Shown here: piece after piece, positions 42,082 to 55,555 of the stretch | Numbering within the stretch: the stretch's first letter is position 1 | Layout of the letters: every line of letters begins with the position of its first letter | IMG/VR virus record: IMGVR_UViG_2690316311_000019 | Length of the DNA stretch: 64,000 nt | Direction: 5' to 3' (one strand) | DNA from: a virus | Lineage: Duplodnaviria; Heunggongvirae; Uroviricota; Caudoviricetes | Program-made: the position numbers and the translations under genes | The notes under the pieces: generated by a model | The model's input: only the letters and a program-made list of their open reading frames with translations | What the model was told of the DNA's origin: nothing | The model's database searches: none

Positions 42082-45000
42082 TTATGCGTATTGTTGGATG
42101 ACGGCCAGAACGTCCGCCACGTTGTGTTTTGTCTCGATAATCCACCAGTTACCCGGGAAATCGCTGTTCTTCGCCTTCGCTGGCAGCCAGCGAGCGCCGA
42201 ATTTTTCCTTGATTGCGTCTTTAGCACGGAAAAGAACGCCTTTCATGCCGGACGCCTCCTGAAGCCCAAATACCTCTCCAGCGGCGAATTTTGGTGCGTA
42301 CATCATCTTCAGGTCGGCAGTGGATACGCGATAATTCAGACCAAGAGACTGAGCTATGCTGGTGGCATCACCCTGTATTGATGATAACTCTTCTTGTTTC
42401 TCGTTTCTGGCGGCAATTTCTTCCTCCGTGATGTTGCCAAGGGCCAGGTTTATCCGATCAGCGTCGGCCTGTTTCTCTTCATCGGTGCGCCCGGCAAGAA
42501 CCGTGTTAATTCTCTGCAATATCTCCACATGATTCTTGCGCATGCTGAGCAAGTCCGGCGTAACCTCGTTAAGATCCACCAGCCCAAGGATGGCAAGGTC
42601 GGAAAACATTGATACCAGGTTGTAGGTCATGCGATAGCTGAGTTGACCATAGGCTGATGGCAACTTCATCGCATCCATTTTATAGGCATCCATAAATTTA
42701 GAGCCGTCGTTTACGACATCCGCAATTGCCGGTGTGATTTTTCCTGTGGTGGCGGCCTCCCTGATTGCTGTTACCCACGATTGAGTCAGCGCGGCGACTG
42801 CATGATTCAGATTGGCTTTCCGTTCTGCTGCAATGCGCGCGCTTGCTGCGTCCATTGCCTGCTTGATCTCGTCTTTATTGCTGTAAATGCCAATGGTGCC
42901 AAACTGTGCTGTGGTGATCTCATAATCTGACGCCCGGAACTCATTGGTACCGAAAATAGCATTGGTGACCTCAAGTTCAGAATCCCCGTTACGAGTAGCC
43001 CCCTGGTTTGTTTTTTCCGGCATTCTGGCGATCGCATCCGCTATTTTCTCCTGAATTGCTTCAGGGGATAGCGTATCTCCGTATGACGCGATTACATCGC
43101 CATAATTGGAGCCAAACAGTTCAACCAGGAATGTTTCTGCCGAACGGATCTGGCGGTTATTCCCTTCCGACATCATACCAAGCACCCATTTTGCAATTGA
43201 CGACTTCAGCGCGCCGTCACGGCGATCCGGGTAAACCGCATGCTTCAGTGGGTACGTATAGGTACCAACAAAATCAATGCTATAGCCTGACTCTGTAGTC
43301 TGAACGCCGTATGAGTCAGTGATTTTGATCATGCCGCGCTGCTGGAAACGGTAGAAATCGTCACAGGAAATGATGTCGTTAATCCCGGCGATGGAGACGC
43401 CACCACTGATTTTCTGCATAACAGCATCTTCATCGGGAGTTACATCAACCTGTTTATCCAGCGTCTTCACATCCCAGTTACCCGATTTGGTACCTTTGAA
43501 GGTAAAGATGATCTCCACGTCTGCGCGCTGGCTGTCGAAGTCCAGCGACTTAATGCGAACGATATCACCGGCACAATCATAGTATTGGCCTACACGCCAT
43601 GAGCGATCGCCGATAACAAGGAACTCATTCGCATGGTTAACCAGATCAGGATCAACATCCAGAATGCCTTTATTTATTGCATCCTCCACCAGCGGGCGCA
43701 GGCGTTTGATATCCGTCGCGGCCTTCTGAGTACGGTTCAATAATTTCTCATAGCGGGAGATGGCCTGAGAGATATTAGCCTTGCGCTGAATGGCGCTTTT
43801 CAACGACGCGCGATACTGTGCTAACAACATACGGTCTGTGTGATGGACGCTACCCCAGCGGGCTTTCCAGTCTGCGTTATCAGCTGCTTTGGCCATTACC
43901 GCCTGTTTGAATTTGGCGACGTCGGCGGTGGTCTTTTCAAGTTCCGCTTTGCTTCGCTCCAATTCAGCGGTAAGTACCTCCACATCCTCACCAGCTGCGT
44001 GCTGCGCCTTGATGTAGTTCTGAAGGTCGATAGTAGCCTGTTCTTTCTGGCGAGCGCGTTTCGCAGCTTTCGCCTTATCCATTTGAACCTGCATCATTGC
44101 CAGACGTTCGCCGTCATCCTTCGCGGTATACATCTGCATTTCGATCATGTCATTGGCGTCGGCGTTCTCCATTTCTGACTTATCTGAACGGAGGATATCG
44201 GAGATCCAGCCTGCTTTACGCTTCAGCGTCTTCAGTCGGTATTCATCGAAAGACCCCTTGCCGCAGTAGTAGTGAACGCGAACGCTTGCACGGTTGGAGC
44301 CAACTCGTGCACCGCGACCGTTACGTTGTGCGATGCTGGCTGGAGTCCACGGCAACGTCAGGTGGTGGATATCCGTCGTTCCTCGATGCAGGTTGATACC
44401 CACCTCTGCCTTTTTGTTGCAGATGATGATCGGAGTCCGGCCCTCCTGGAAGTCGGCTGCAATCTTTTCCAGACCGCCCAACGACATTTCATTTTGCTGC
44501 GCGATATAGGCGTCATACCGAGCCATTTGCTCGTTGTATTTCGCTATCTGCGCATCTGTTGGTTCATCCGGTAGCTCTTTCGGCGGTTTAACAGCTTTCA
44601 GTTTCTGACCGGTTTTACCTGCCTCGGCAACCGTCTGAGCATTCAGGATCCCCACCTTTGAAGGTTCAAGGTTAAGAGCATTGCAGATAATGCGCTTGAG
44701 CTTCTGGTGCTGCGTTTTTTCATCGGTGAAGATGATTTGCTTACCTTCCGGGAAAAACTCCTTCAGCGTGGCAATCAGCTTCGCGTATTTGGGCGTAACG
44801 GGGTGAGTTACGGTCTGTTCGTCAATGCCAAACCTGGCCAGGCGCTTATTCACTTCCTGCTCGAACGCTTCCGGAACCTGCAACTGAATAAACTCGCCCT
44901 TATCTATCAGGGAGTATTGCGATTGCTGCGTGATTGAATCATCACTGTCGTCGTCTTCGCTGGTGGCTTGTTTAGGCAAACTGTCCGCCAGCTGCTGCAC

Positions 45001-47994
45001 CGCATCGGCATACTCCGGCAGGAAACGATAGGTGATCCGGCGATAGTACAGGTCCATGTCAGTACATACGCGGTCCATATCCCTGATTATTGAGAAGATC
45101 GGACGGGCTTTCTCGTGCTCAATCACGCCGTCTTCATTGACCGAGGTCGTTACGCCATTGTTGGCTTTGGCTGCCGCTTCCGCCTGCTGACGCAATTCTT
45201 CATACGCCGCCAGTTGTTCTTCAGTAAGTGGTGCATCCTGCTGGTGTTCGTCCAGTTCCGGGATCTCCACGGTATCCTTAACGTCTTCCGCCGTTTTAAG
45301 CGTTGTCCAGCGATGGAATATGCCGCGCAGCGCATCAAGGTTTTCAAAACCCACCAGCGCCATTTTTTCTTCAACTTCGCCGCTGATTTTCTGTACCGTT
45401 TCCAGCCTGGTCTTGCCGAAGAATTTAACGAAGTCATCAGGACCGTAGATCCCCATCTTCTGCCAGTATTCCTTCGGCAGCACATGAGAAAGCATGTTGT
45501 ATGCATCGATCGGGGTGTTAACTACTGGCGTTGCAGTCAGGAGAACCGGTCCGCGCCCACCATTCTTTTTCATCAGGTACGCGTTTTTGATTGCCATATC
45601 CCGCGCCGATTGCGCCACCGCGCTGGTGGGCAGATAGGCCAGTTGTGACGCTTCGCGACCATTTTTATAGCTATTGCGGTAGTTGTGGCCTTCGTCAGCA
45701 ATCACGCTGTCGAAGCCCATATCCTCAAAGTACGGATACTTCTCTGCTTTTTCGGTACCGGTATCTGAATACTCCGACAATACCCGGCGACGCGCCGCCT
45801 CTTTGCGATGGGAATCGGAGTCCATTGCGCTGGCCACACGCCCGGCAGCAACGAAGTCATAAAGCATGTCTTGTGCATGCTCATCTACGGTGTCATCACG
45901 TAGCGGAATGCGGGCGTATTGTTCTTTGGTAAACACGACTGCACGGTAATTTGAGTGCGGGATCGCGTTCATCCGCGCCGTGATAGTGGCTTCATCTGCC
46001 AGCTTAAGAGCATCGCGCATAACTGGAGTGCCATCAGTACCAAGAACAGGTTTACCGTTCTCATCGAGCACCGGCACCTGGCGAATCTGATCGCCATCCA
46101 TCAGCACATCAAGACCGACGAACAGGTAGTTACTGAATGCCTCTTCACTCAGGAACTCTTTTGCTTCGTAATACCAGTTTTCCAGCACTGCTTTAGGCAC
46201 TACATAAGCAGTACGGGTGGAGCGACCGTTCTCATAGTTGAACGCCTCAAGCGCCAGCGCGGTCGTCGTTTTACCCAGCCCGGTGCCGAAGCCCAGGATG
46301 CCGCGCCCATCTTCGGACAGTCGGCGCACCTCGCTATTCTGGTAATCAAATGGCTGGCGCTTACCGCTTAATCCCTTCAACCCAAGCGGATCGCCAGAGT
46401 GTTCATACGGGATATTGCTATTGAACACATCGTTGTATTTGGCAACCAGCTCATCGTAGCGATCGTGCGTCTTGAGCCACTTATTGAACTGGTCCTCAAG
46501 CAGTGCCATCTGCTCGCGGTAGCCGTTCGCCGTCGCGCTATCTTTGCCACCGATACGCGCACCATTGAGATACTTTTCCAGCTGTGCCGGGAACCCGGTC
46601 GCGTTTTCACCTGATTTACGGTCCCACTCGTAGCGGATCTCGCCTGTTTCTTTATCCTTGCGCTGGACGACACCGTATCGGTGTCCGACGAACAGACCAT
46701 CACCACCGTGATAGGTGTCAGAAACCATTTCGTCGCCTTCCAGCTGCACTGACTGCACATAGCGCAGATCCGGATAGCCGTTTTCCTGCAAAAATTCCAG
46801 AATGACGGAACGGTCGAACCAACGGCTATTGAGCTTAAAGCGGATATTCTCTGCTGGCGTCTTGATGCGCTTCTCTTCGATCGCTGCCAGCTGATTAAGG
46901 ACGTTGTTCTTTACTGGACCGTCGGGGAGCGTGGCGAGGAATTCCTGTTTTGGAGCCACTATCTCGTTAATGTCGCCGCTGGTGGCGCGGGCGAACGGAA
47001 CAATCCCGCCATACGGTGAAACCGCAATACCAGGGGTGCTGGCCAATAAATTAAGCAACTCTTTATCACTGGCTGGCAGTTCGCCGGTAAACGCAAGGCG
47101 GAAATCATCGAGCTGGATTGGATCGCGGGTAAGATCGCTATAGAGATAACGCAGGATGTCCTGATAGCTGGTGGAGTCATAACTGGCGCTGGAATCATGC
47201 GTAACCAGCTTTCCTGTCAGCTCGTCAGAAATAGTGCCATCCAGCTTAATCGCACCACGGAAAGCAAACCAGGCGCGCGCACCGCTCCCCGACAATTTCG
47301 CTATAGGACCGCGACCAGGATTACCAAAGCGGTCAATCTCTGCCTGCAAACGGGATACCAGAGAAAGGCGCTGCTGTTCGATTTGTTCAGCACTATGCCC
47401 GGCGGCCTTCATATCCTGATATTCAATTAACATCCGGCCAATCATCGCCCCGCGATACAAGCGTTCACGGTATTTTTCAGGCTGGCTGTTAATCCAGTCC
47501 ACCAGCTGCACCATATCGTCGCTGATTGATGTGGTGTACTTATCGCGGACATTTGCCATCTGGGTAAATGTCATGCCGAGACGACCTTCTGTGGTAGTCA
47601 GGTTACGCTGAAGAGCCTCCCAGCTATCCGCGCCATAACTGGCAACATCAATCTTCAGCTCCTTCCCGGCATCAGCTTCAATCCAGCGACCACCAGCATA
47701 TTTTTGCCATACGCCATTAATCAGGCGCATTTCCCCTTCATCAACAACATCTGCGGTCGGTGACGGTTCAGCCATATCGAGCAAAGACCAGTCGATACGA
47801 CTTTCGAAACGATGAATCAGCTTCGCTTTAAGAGCCAGGTTATCAATCTGCCCGTCGGCACGAACCTCAATACGCCCCTGGAAACCCTTCTCCTGGGTGC
47901 CATGAACAAACCGGCGGCCGTCCTTTTCGAACCACTTGCCAGAAATAAACGTTGGCCAAAGCACATTTGCCGATTCAAGAGTGCCTTCATCCAC
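42082..47994 (-). CDS. darB: DarB antirestriction protein, C-terminal 1970 aa (SF2 helicase region); frame-broken from N-terminal part
   Basis: Helicase motifs GFGTGLGKTTTA, DEGHNYRN, GRGARVGS; 8-nt overlap with upstream ORF. Confidence 0.85.
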   Translation of the reverse strand: MDEGTLESANVLWPTFISGKWFEKDGRRFVHGTQEKGFQGRIEVRADGQIDNLALKAKLIHRFESRIDWSLLDMAEPSPTADVVDEGEMRLINGVWQKYAGGRWIEADAGKELKIDVASYGADSWEALQRNLTTTEGRLGMTFTQMANVRDKYTTSISDDMVQLVDWINSQPEKYRERLYRGAMIGRMLIEYQDMKAAGHSAEQIEQQRLSLVSRLQAEIDRFGNPGRGPIAKLSGSGARAWFAFRGAIKLDGTISDELTGKLVTHDSSASYDSTSYQDILRYLYSDLTRDPIQLDDFRLAFTGELPASDKELLNLLASTPGIAVSPYGGIVPFARATSGDINEIVAPKQEFLATLPDGPVKNNVLNQLAAIEEKRIKTPAENIRFKLNSRWFDRSVILEFLQENGYPDLRYVQSVQLEGDEMVSDTYHGGDGLFVGHRYGVVQRKDKETGEIRYEWDRKSGENATGFPAQLEKYLNGARIGGKDSATANGYREQMALLEDQFNKWLKTHDRYDELVAKYNDVFNSNIPYEHSGDPLGLKGLSGKRQPFDYQNSEVRRLSEDGRGILGFGTGLGKTTTALALEAFNYENGRSTRTAYVVPKAVLENWYYEAKEFLSEEAFSNYLFVGLDVLMDGDQIRQVPVLDENGKPVLGTDGTPVMRDALKLADEATITARMNAIPHSNYRAVVFTKEQYARIPLRDDTVDEHAQDMLYDFVAAGRVASAMDSDSHRKEAARRRVLSEYSDTGTEKAEKYPYFEDMGFDSVIADEGHNYRNSYKNGREASQLAYLPTSAVAQSARDMAIKNAYLMKKNGGRGPVLLTATPVVNTPIDAYNMLSHVLPKEYWQKMGIYGPDDFVKFFGKTRLETVQKISGEVEEKMALVGFENLDALRGIFHRWTTLKTAEDVKDTVEIPELDEHQQDAPLTEEQLAAYEELRQQAEAAAKANNGVTTSVNEDGVIEHEKARPIFSIIRDMDRVCTDMDLYYRRITYRFLPEYADAVQQLADSLPKQATSEDDDSDDSITQQSQYSLIDKGEFIQLQVPEAFEQEVNKRLARFGIDEQTVTHPVTPKYAKLIATLKEFFPEGKQIIFTDEKTQHQKLKRIICNALNLEPSKVGILNAQTVAEAGKTGQKLKAVKPPKELPDEPTDAQIAKYNEQMARYDAYIAQQNEMSLGGLEKIAADFQEGRTPIIICNKKAEVGINLHRGTTDIHHLTLPWTPASIAQRNGRGARVGSNRASVRVHYYCGKGSFDEYRLKTLKRKAGWISDILRSDKSEMENADANDMIEMQMYTAKDDGERLAMMQVQMDKAKAAKRARQKEQATIDLQNYIKAQHAAGEDVEVLTAELERSKAELEKTTADVAKFKQAVMAKAADNADWKARWGSVHHTDRMLLAQYRASLKSAIQRKANISQAISRYEKLLNRTQKAATDIKRLRPLVEDAINKGILDVDPDLVNHANEFLVIGDRSWRVGQYYDCAGDIVRIKSLDFDSQRADVEIIFTFKGTKSGNWDVKTLDKQVDVTPDEDAVMQKISGGVSIAGINDIISCDDFYRFQQRGMIKITDSYGVQTTESGYSIDFVGTYTYPLKHAVYPDRRDGALKSSIAKWVLGMMSEGNNRQIRSAETFLVELFGSNYGDVIASYGDTLSPEAIQEKIADAIARMPEKTNQGATRNGDSELEVTNAIFGTNEFRASDYEITTAQFGTIGIYSNKDEIKQAMDAASARIAAERKANLNHAVAALTQSWVTAIREAATTGKITPAIADVVNDGSKFMDAYKMDAMKLPSAYGQLSYRMTYNLVSMFSDLAILGLVDLNEVTPDLLSMRKNHVEILQRINTVLAGRTDEEKQADADRINLALGNITEEEIAARNEKQEELSSIQGDATSIAQSLGLNYRVSTADLKMMYAPKFAAGEVFGLQEASGMKGVLFRAKDAIKEKFGARWLPAKAKNSDFPGNWWIIETKHNVADVLAVIQQYA

Positions 47995-48850
47995 CAGGGG
48001 GGATTTTCTCAGCCATCTCTGCCGGATGTTTACGCATCAGCACCACATCAACGACCGTACTGGTCCCGTTTGCGTCAAAAGTACCGGTAGGCAAGCGGTG
48101 AGCGCCAAGAAATTCAGCTTTACGGGATAGGCGCAGGCGTAACCGCTTCATGTTTGAACCTGAAACAATGGACGGCGGCACAATCACACACATGAATCCG
48201 CCAGGCTTTATCTTGTCCAGCATGCGGAGCATGAAGTAAGAACCCATGTCCGTTTCTTCTGCGTAAGGCTTATCGATGTTGCGTGTGTTATCACGACCGC
48301 CGAACGGAACGTTACCCACAACATGGTCGAATGAATCGTTAGGCGTGCTTATAGCCAGCTGTTCGAACGGGGAAATCTGTACGCTGTCTTCCGGGTGTAA
48401 CAACTGGTTTATACGACCGGAAACACTGCTGATCTCAGTCGCGGTCATCACCGTACCAACCGGTTTTGTCTCATTAAAAACGCCGGTTCCCGCCGATGGT
48501 TCCAGAGTGTTACCTACGTCCGCGCCGTAGAGCTTCATGATCTCCCAGACGCCTTCAGCGATCGGCTTTGGTGTGTAATATTCGGAGACGGCCCCGCCAA
48601 TGCCACCTTCACCGGTGTACCCAGCCAGGATCTGGCGCTGTTCATCTGTCAGTGTCGCGCCGTCCACCAGCGAATTAAGCAAATCTATCGCCTTCTGATT
48701 CGCCTCCCGGCGCAGTCGGTCATAGCTTTTGCCTTCCACCTTTTCCACGCCGTATTTAATCGGCGCCCGGTGAGATGTTATTGCCCTAATGTATTTCAAT
48801 ATTTCGCTGACACTTGAACAGCGAAACACCCCCATAGATAGCTTGTTCAT
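47987..48850 (-). CDS. darB: DarB N-terminal 287 aa (N6-adenine methyltransferase-like region)
   Basis: MTase-like NVPFGG motif; ends at stop inside a C6 tract. Confidence 0.8.
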   Translation of the reverse strand: MNKLSMGVFRCSSVSEILKYIRAITSHRAPIKYGVEKVEGKSYDRLRREANQKAIDLLNSLVDGATLTDEQRQILAGYTGEGGIGGAVSEYYTPKPIAEGVWEIMKLYGADVGNTLEPSAGTGVFNETKPVGTVMTATEISSVSGRINQLLHPEDSVQISPFEQLAISTPNDSFDHVVGNVPFGGRDNTRNIDKPYAEETDMGSYFMLRMLDKIKPGGFMCVIVPPSIVSGSNMKRLRLRLSRKAEFLGAHRLPTGTFDANGTSTVVDVVLMRKHPAEMAEKIPPGG

Positions 48851-48860
48851 TGGTAATCCT

Positions 48861-48886
48861 TAACAAGTGACTAGTGTTAAATTCCG
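48861..48886 (+). promoter_or_regulatory. Putative late (Lpa-dependent) promoter element upstream of prt
   Basis: TAACAAGTGA decamer, also found upstream of lyz. Confidence 0.35.
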
Positions 48887-48916
48887 TTCAAACACGATGC
48901 GAATTATTCTAATTAA

Positions 48917-51647
<2,731 letters not shown>

Positions 51648-51658
51648 CCACCAAAAAT

Positions 51659-51686
51659 AACCCCGGCGGCTGCCGGGGTTCTCGTT
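51659..51686 (+). terminator. Terminator hairpin after pro
   Basis: ccccggc-ggct-gccgggg then T-rich. Confidence 0.6.
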
Positions 51687-51938
51687 AACTATTATCGCCT
51701 TCGCCTGCGTGCCATATATTTGCGCACCGCGCGGCGTGGACAATCTGAAGCGGTTTCTTTCTGCTGCATCAATCTTGCAGCCATGCTCAAAAATGTCAGG
51801 CACAGCCGAAGCCCGGCATACAATAGCGGTTCCAGTGGCCACGTCTCATTGAGCACATATACCGCCATGAAAATCGAGTCGAAAACTATCGCCGCCAGCG
51901 ATAACTTCATTGTCGAAAGTCGGCGGAGCTGCCGGAGT

Positions 51939-52493
51939 TTATTCATTGACCAGTCCCGTCAGGCAAAGCTGGCGTTCTTTTTCACGGCGAATCTTTAAAC
52001 CTCGCAGGGGCACGCCGTTACTGTTCACGAAATCAGGGAGATGGTTACACATATTCACCCATTCCCCTTTCTGCGCCCACTTGTGGATGGACGTTTCTAC
52101 TCGCATGCCTCGCGCTTTGCTGTAGTAGGTCCGTAAACTATTGCATCCCATATTGAATGCCGCGCTTGTCATTGCACTGAAGGCATTATCGGGCATGTCT
52201 TTGCCCCGGAAGTGCTGATTAATACAGCGTTCAGCGATCAGGATATTCTTTTCCCAATCAGCGGCGATTTGCTGGTCAGTTTTTCGCACGCCTGGCGTTA
52301 CCCCGTGTGTATTACCAATCCCGTCAGTCCATACACCCGCCGGGCACATGTATGGGTCACGTCGGCAACCTTCAGCGTTTCCGATAAGCTCAAGCCCCGC
52401 CTGGTTGGTTCGCACATTGCCATTACCCATCACGATGGTAATCATCACCGCGATAGCGCAAATTGCACCGCCTCCTGCGGCTGTTTTTCCCTT
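51939..52493 (-). CDS. lyz: SAR endolysin (T4-lysozyme-like)
   Basis: 185 aa from MKGKTAAGGGAICAIAVMITIV (N-terminal hydrophobic SAR-like segment). Confidence 0.85.
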   Translation of the reverse strand, partial: KGKTAAGGGAICAIAVMITIVMGNGNVRTNQAGLELIGNAEGCRRDPYMCPAGVWTDGIGNTHGVTPGVRKTDQQIAADWEKNILIAERCINQHFRGKDMPDNAFSAMTSAAFNMGCNSLRTYYSKARGMRVETSIHKWAQKGEWVNMCNHLPDFVNSNGVPLRGLKIRREKERQLCLTGLVNE

Positions 52494-52580
52494 CATAAAG
52501 ACCTCATAAGCGAATTTTTTACGCTCCAGGACAAACACCCATTCACAGCCAATACCGACTGACTCGATCCCTTTAGAAGG

Positions 52581-52606
52581 CACAGGATAATGCAAATCAC
52601 TTGTTA
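52581..52606 (-). promoter_or_regulatory. Putative late promoter element upstream of lyz
   Basis: TAACAAGTGA on minus strand. Confidence 0.35.
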
Positions 52607-52629
52607 GCTACGTTTCAAAGATATACATT

Positions 52630-52646
52630 ATTGCTCTAATTAATTT
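52630..52646 (+). promoter_or_regulatory. C1 operator upstream of ssb
   Basis: ATTGCTCTAATTAATTT. Confidence 0.7.
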
Positions 52647-52665
52647 ATTTTATTAGGTAAGATAA

Positions 52666-53154
52666 GTGGCACAACGCGGTGTAAACAAAGTCATCCTGAT
52701 TGGTACCCTGGGGCAAGACCCGGAGATCAGGTATATACCAAATGGCGGAGCGGTCGGAAGACTCAGCATCGCAACGAATGAATCATGGCGCGACAAGCAA
52801 ACGGGCCAACAGAAAGAGCAAACAGAATGGCATAAAGTCGTTTTGTTCGGAAAACTTGCTGAAATTGCGAGTGAATATTTACGAAAAGGTTCTCAGGTCT
52901 ACATCGAAGGGAAACTTAAAACCCGTAAGTGGACAGATGACGCCGGTGTAGAACGTTACACGACGGAAATTATCGTCAGCCAGGGCGGCACCATGCAAAT
53001 GATCGGCGCTCGCCGTGACGATTCACAGTCCTCAAATGGCTGGGGGCAATCAAACCAACCTCAAAACCACCAGCAATACAGTGGTGGCGGTAAACCTCAG
53101 AGCAACGCCAATAACGAACCTCCAATGGACTTTGACGACGATATTCCGTTTTGA
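52666..53154 (+). CDS. ssb: Single-stranded DNA-binding protein
   Basis: OB-fold N-terminus, Gly/Gln-rich linker, acidic tail DFDDDIPF; GTG start. Confidence 0.92.
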   Translation: MAQRGVNKVILIGTLGQDPEIRYIPNGGAVGRLSIATNESWRDKQTGQQKEQTEWHKVVLFGKLAEIASEYLRKGSQVYIEGKLKTRKWTDDAGVERYTTEIIVSQGGTMQMIGARRDDSQSSNGWGQSNQPQNHQQYSGGGKPQSNANNEPPMDFDDDIPF

Positions 53155-53351
53155 ATGTGTAAAAAACGACTGAAAGAAAAGCGGTGGTCCAGACGCCGAC
53201 AAAAGCACGAACTCGCAAACAAACGCCAAAGTTGGCAATGGCACGCGCTTTTCACGAAAAGAACACCCCGAGATATTGCGTTCGCTGGTGGGAAAACATT
53301 CCTGACCCACCTGAAGGCGCAATACATCAGGTTTTAAGCAGAGGAAAGACT

Positions 53352-54029
53352 ATGAATAACATGACAACGAAAGAGCTTTTGACGGCACTTCCAAAATACA
53401 AAAGCCATAAAACAGTTCGCGCCTCAAAAATCAAAGATATCGAAATTATCGCCCTAATGGATGTGGTCCTTTTTTGCAACATCGAAGTCGTTGAGCCAGA
53501 AGGGGTAAAAGTCCATGTTGATAAAATATTTTTGCAAAAACACCGACCAGAAATTGGCGGATATCTGGTCGCTTATGAGGACGGATCTCTGTCCTATTCG
53601 CCAGAAAAAACATTTGAAGAAGGCTTTAGTCGGACTAACGACTTCTTCGAAAATGGGGTATCGCTCAGCATTGAAGGTCACAATGGGGTGACATTCATTA
53701 CAGCCAGGGACGTAACTATTTCTGCTGGCGGTATCGCTACTCTACAAGAAGAAATCGACCTTGAAGCAGCCGACTTTTCTGACGCGCTGATGTGGCTGAA
53801 GGATGGCAAGAAAGTTGCCCGACGCGGGTGGAACGGCGAAAACCAATTCTGCTGGCTGGTTCCTGAAGGACAGTACCCGGCACGAATGGAAGCCATTAAG
53901 GGATATTTCCCCGGCGACCTCGTTCCGTATGGTGCTTATTTCGCCTTAAAAAATGCACAAGGTGTAGTTGTTCCGTGGGTTCCTTCTGTAGGCGACTTAC
54001 TGGCATGTGACTGGTTTGTAGTGGAGTGA
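53352..54029 (+). CDS. Hypothetical protein
   Basis: ATG with GAGGAAAG RBS. Confidence 0.55.
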   Translation: MNNMTTKELLTALPKYKSHKTVRASKIKDIEIIALMDVVLFCNIEVVEPEGVKVHVDKIFLQKHRPEIGGYLVAYEDGSLSYSPEKTFEEGFSRTNDFFENGVSLSIEGHNGVTFITARDVTISAGGIATLQEEIDLEAADFSDALMWLKDGKKVARRGWNGENQFCWLVPEGQYPARMEAIKGYFPGDLVPYGAYFALKNAQGVVVPWVPSVGDLLACDWFVVE

Positions 54030-54035
54030 TTTAAC

Positions 54036-54818
54036 GTGGAAAATACTAAAGCAATTCAATACCGCCTGCGTAATGGTCAGAGTGTCGAAGTGACCATCAA
54101 TAATGATGGTGTGCCTGGCGAAAAGGTTTCGATCTCTGATCTGGCTATCGAAAAAACCATCATGTGCCACCTTGGCTTTACTGAAGAAGTGAGCAAAAAG
54201 CATGGTGTAGCAATCTGGAGCGCAATGGATACTGGTATGCGCAGATTCATTACTGCTCGTACCCCAGGGATGACCATGATGGACCTCATGCAGATTGCGC
54301 CGCTGTTTGAATGTGAGCCTTTAGATGTATTCAGCAATCCAGCTATCTGCCAGCAGCTATATGGTGAGATGAAACTCGCGGTTACCCCCATTGTGCTGCA
54401 TGAAGGATCGCTTGCTGGTGTGTGGAAAGTGGAGCGTATTTCAAGCTACATGCCTTTCCATGTCAACGGCGTAATCACTGGTGAAAATCAACCTGTTTCC
54501 GTTATAAAGTCAGACCTCAAGCGCGCAATTCTTGAAGCAAGTTGTCGAGTTGTCGGCCTGGGCAAACAGTCTTATGTTTCCTTCCCGGCTGGCCCTGAAG
54601 GCCCGGCAGAAATTCTGATTATGGATGCCGATCTGCTCTGGCAAATACAGTTTCTGATTGGCAAAAGCATCATCCGCGCTGAAGAACTCGATCAGTACAT
54701 TACCTGCACGATGACGGATGAAGTCAAAAGTGTGGCTATAGCCAATGCCCGGAACCTATGTCGTGCTGCATTAACAGAACTGCAAGAAAACACCACGGAA
54801 GAAGTGGAAAGTGATTAA
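54036..54818 (+). CDS. Hypothetical protein
   Basis: 260-aa ORF. Confidence 0.55.
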   Translation: MENTKAIQYRLRNGQSVEVTINNDGVPGEKVSISDLAIEKTIMCHLGFTEEVSKKHGVAIWSAMDTGMRRFITARTPGMTMMDLMQIAPLFECEPLDVFSNPAICQQLYGEMKLAVTPIVLHEGSLAGVWKVERISSYMPFHVNGVITGENQPVSVIKSDLKRAILEASCRVVGLGKQSYVSFPAGPEGPAEILIMDADLLWQIQFLIGKSIIRAEELDQYITCTMTDEVKSVAIANARNLCRAALTELQENTTEEVESD

Positions 54819-55064
54819 AAAGAACCCGCCAATTGGCGGGTTCTTTATTTATTGAATTAGCATTCAACTCCCGATTGTTATAGCGAACACTATGTAACAG
54901 AATAATATTATTAACATTTTAGTAATAAGTTGATTATTCATCTTCTGTATTCGCAAAGCGTAAGTATTGCTCATAGTTTCTTATTCCAGTACATTGTGAT
55001 TCGTTGAGGCAAAAGAATAGTGGCAATTCTACTGGCAATAAACTCAAGTAAGAGGTTGTAAACA

Positions 55065-55352
55065 ATGGAAAAACTGAACAATTTCTTAGACAAAATATCC
55101 ACCACAAACACTCGCGCAGGCCACACTATTACCCGCATAGCTAAGCTAAGCGATGCGGGTGTCAGTGATGACGTAATCGCACTTCAACTGTCCAGTAACA
55201 GTGCAAATGGCTTCCGATATACAGCAGATGAAATAAAAGCGTATAAGAAGCTCCACAATGATGTAAAAACTAAAGTGGGAATTACATCCAAACAAACAAA
55301 AGCATTAATCAAAGATCAAGAGCTGACTTTTGTTGCATTGCCTCAAAACTAA
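55065..55352 (+). CDS. Small hypothetical protein in AT-rich island
   Basis: 95-aa ORF. Confidence 0.45.
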   Translation: MEKLNNFLDKISTTNTRAGHTITRIAKLSDAGVSDDVIALQLSSNSANGFRYTADEIKAYKKLHNDVKTKVGITSKQTKALIKDQELTFVALPQN

Positions 55353-55380
55353 ATTTGTTTAAAGCTATAGCTAACAAAGA

Positions 55381-55426
55381 GTTATAAGAGCGATAGTGAT
55401 AAATTTATCATTGTCGCTCTTATAAC
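55381..55426. repeat. 46-bp near-perfect palindrome
   Basis: gttataagagcgatagtgataaa|tttatcattgtcgctcttataac. Confidence 0.8.
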
Positions 55427-55555
55427 CTTGTTAAAGATAAGAATATAACCCAAAAGATATACATGGGTTATTAAGGCCATAATTATCAGGCAAATAACAT
55501 GAAGTCGTCTATGTGATGGATGAAATTTGAACAATCAATTCTATGCCAATTCCTG

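Noticed and set aside
42394-47430. About 20 short ORFs within the darB coding region
   Set aside because: All overlap the long darB frame, which carries helicase motifs; typical spurious frames of a long gene.
51692-51998. Overlapping small ORFs between pro and lyz
   Set aside because: Mutually overlapping on opposite strands with no motif evidence; left unannotated.
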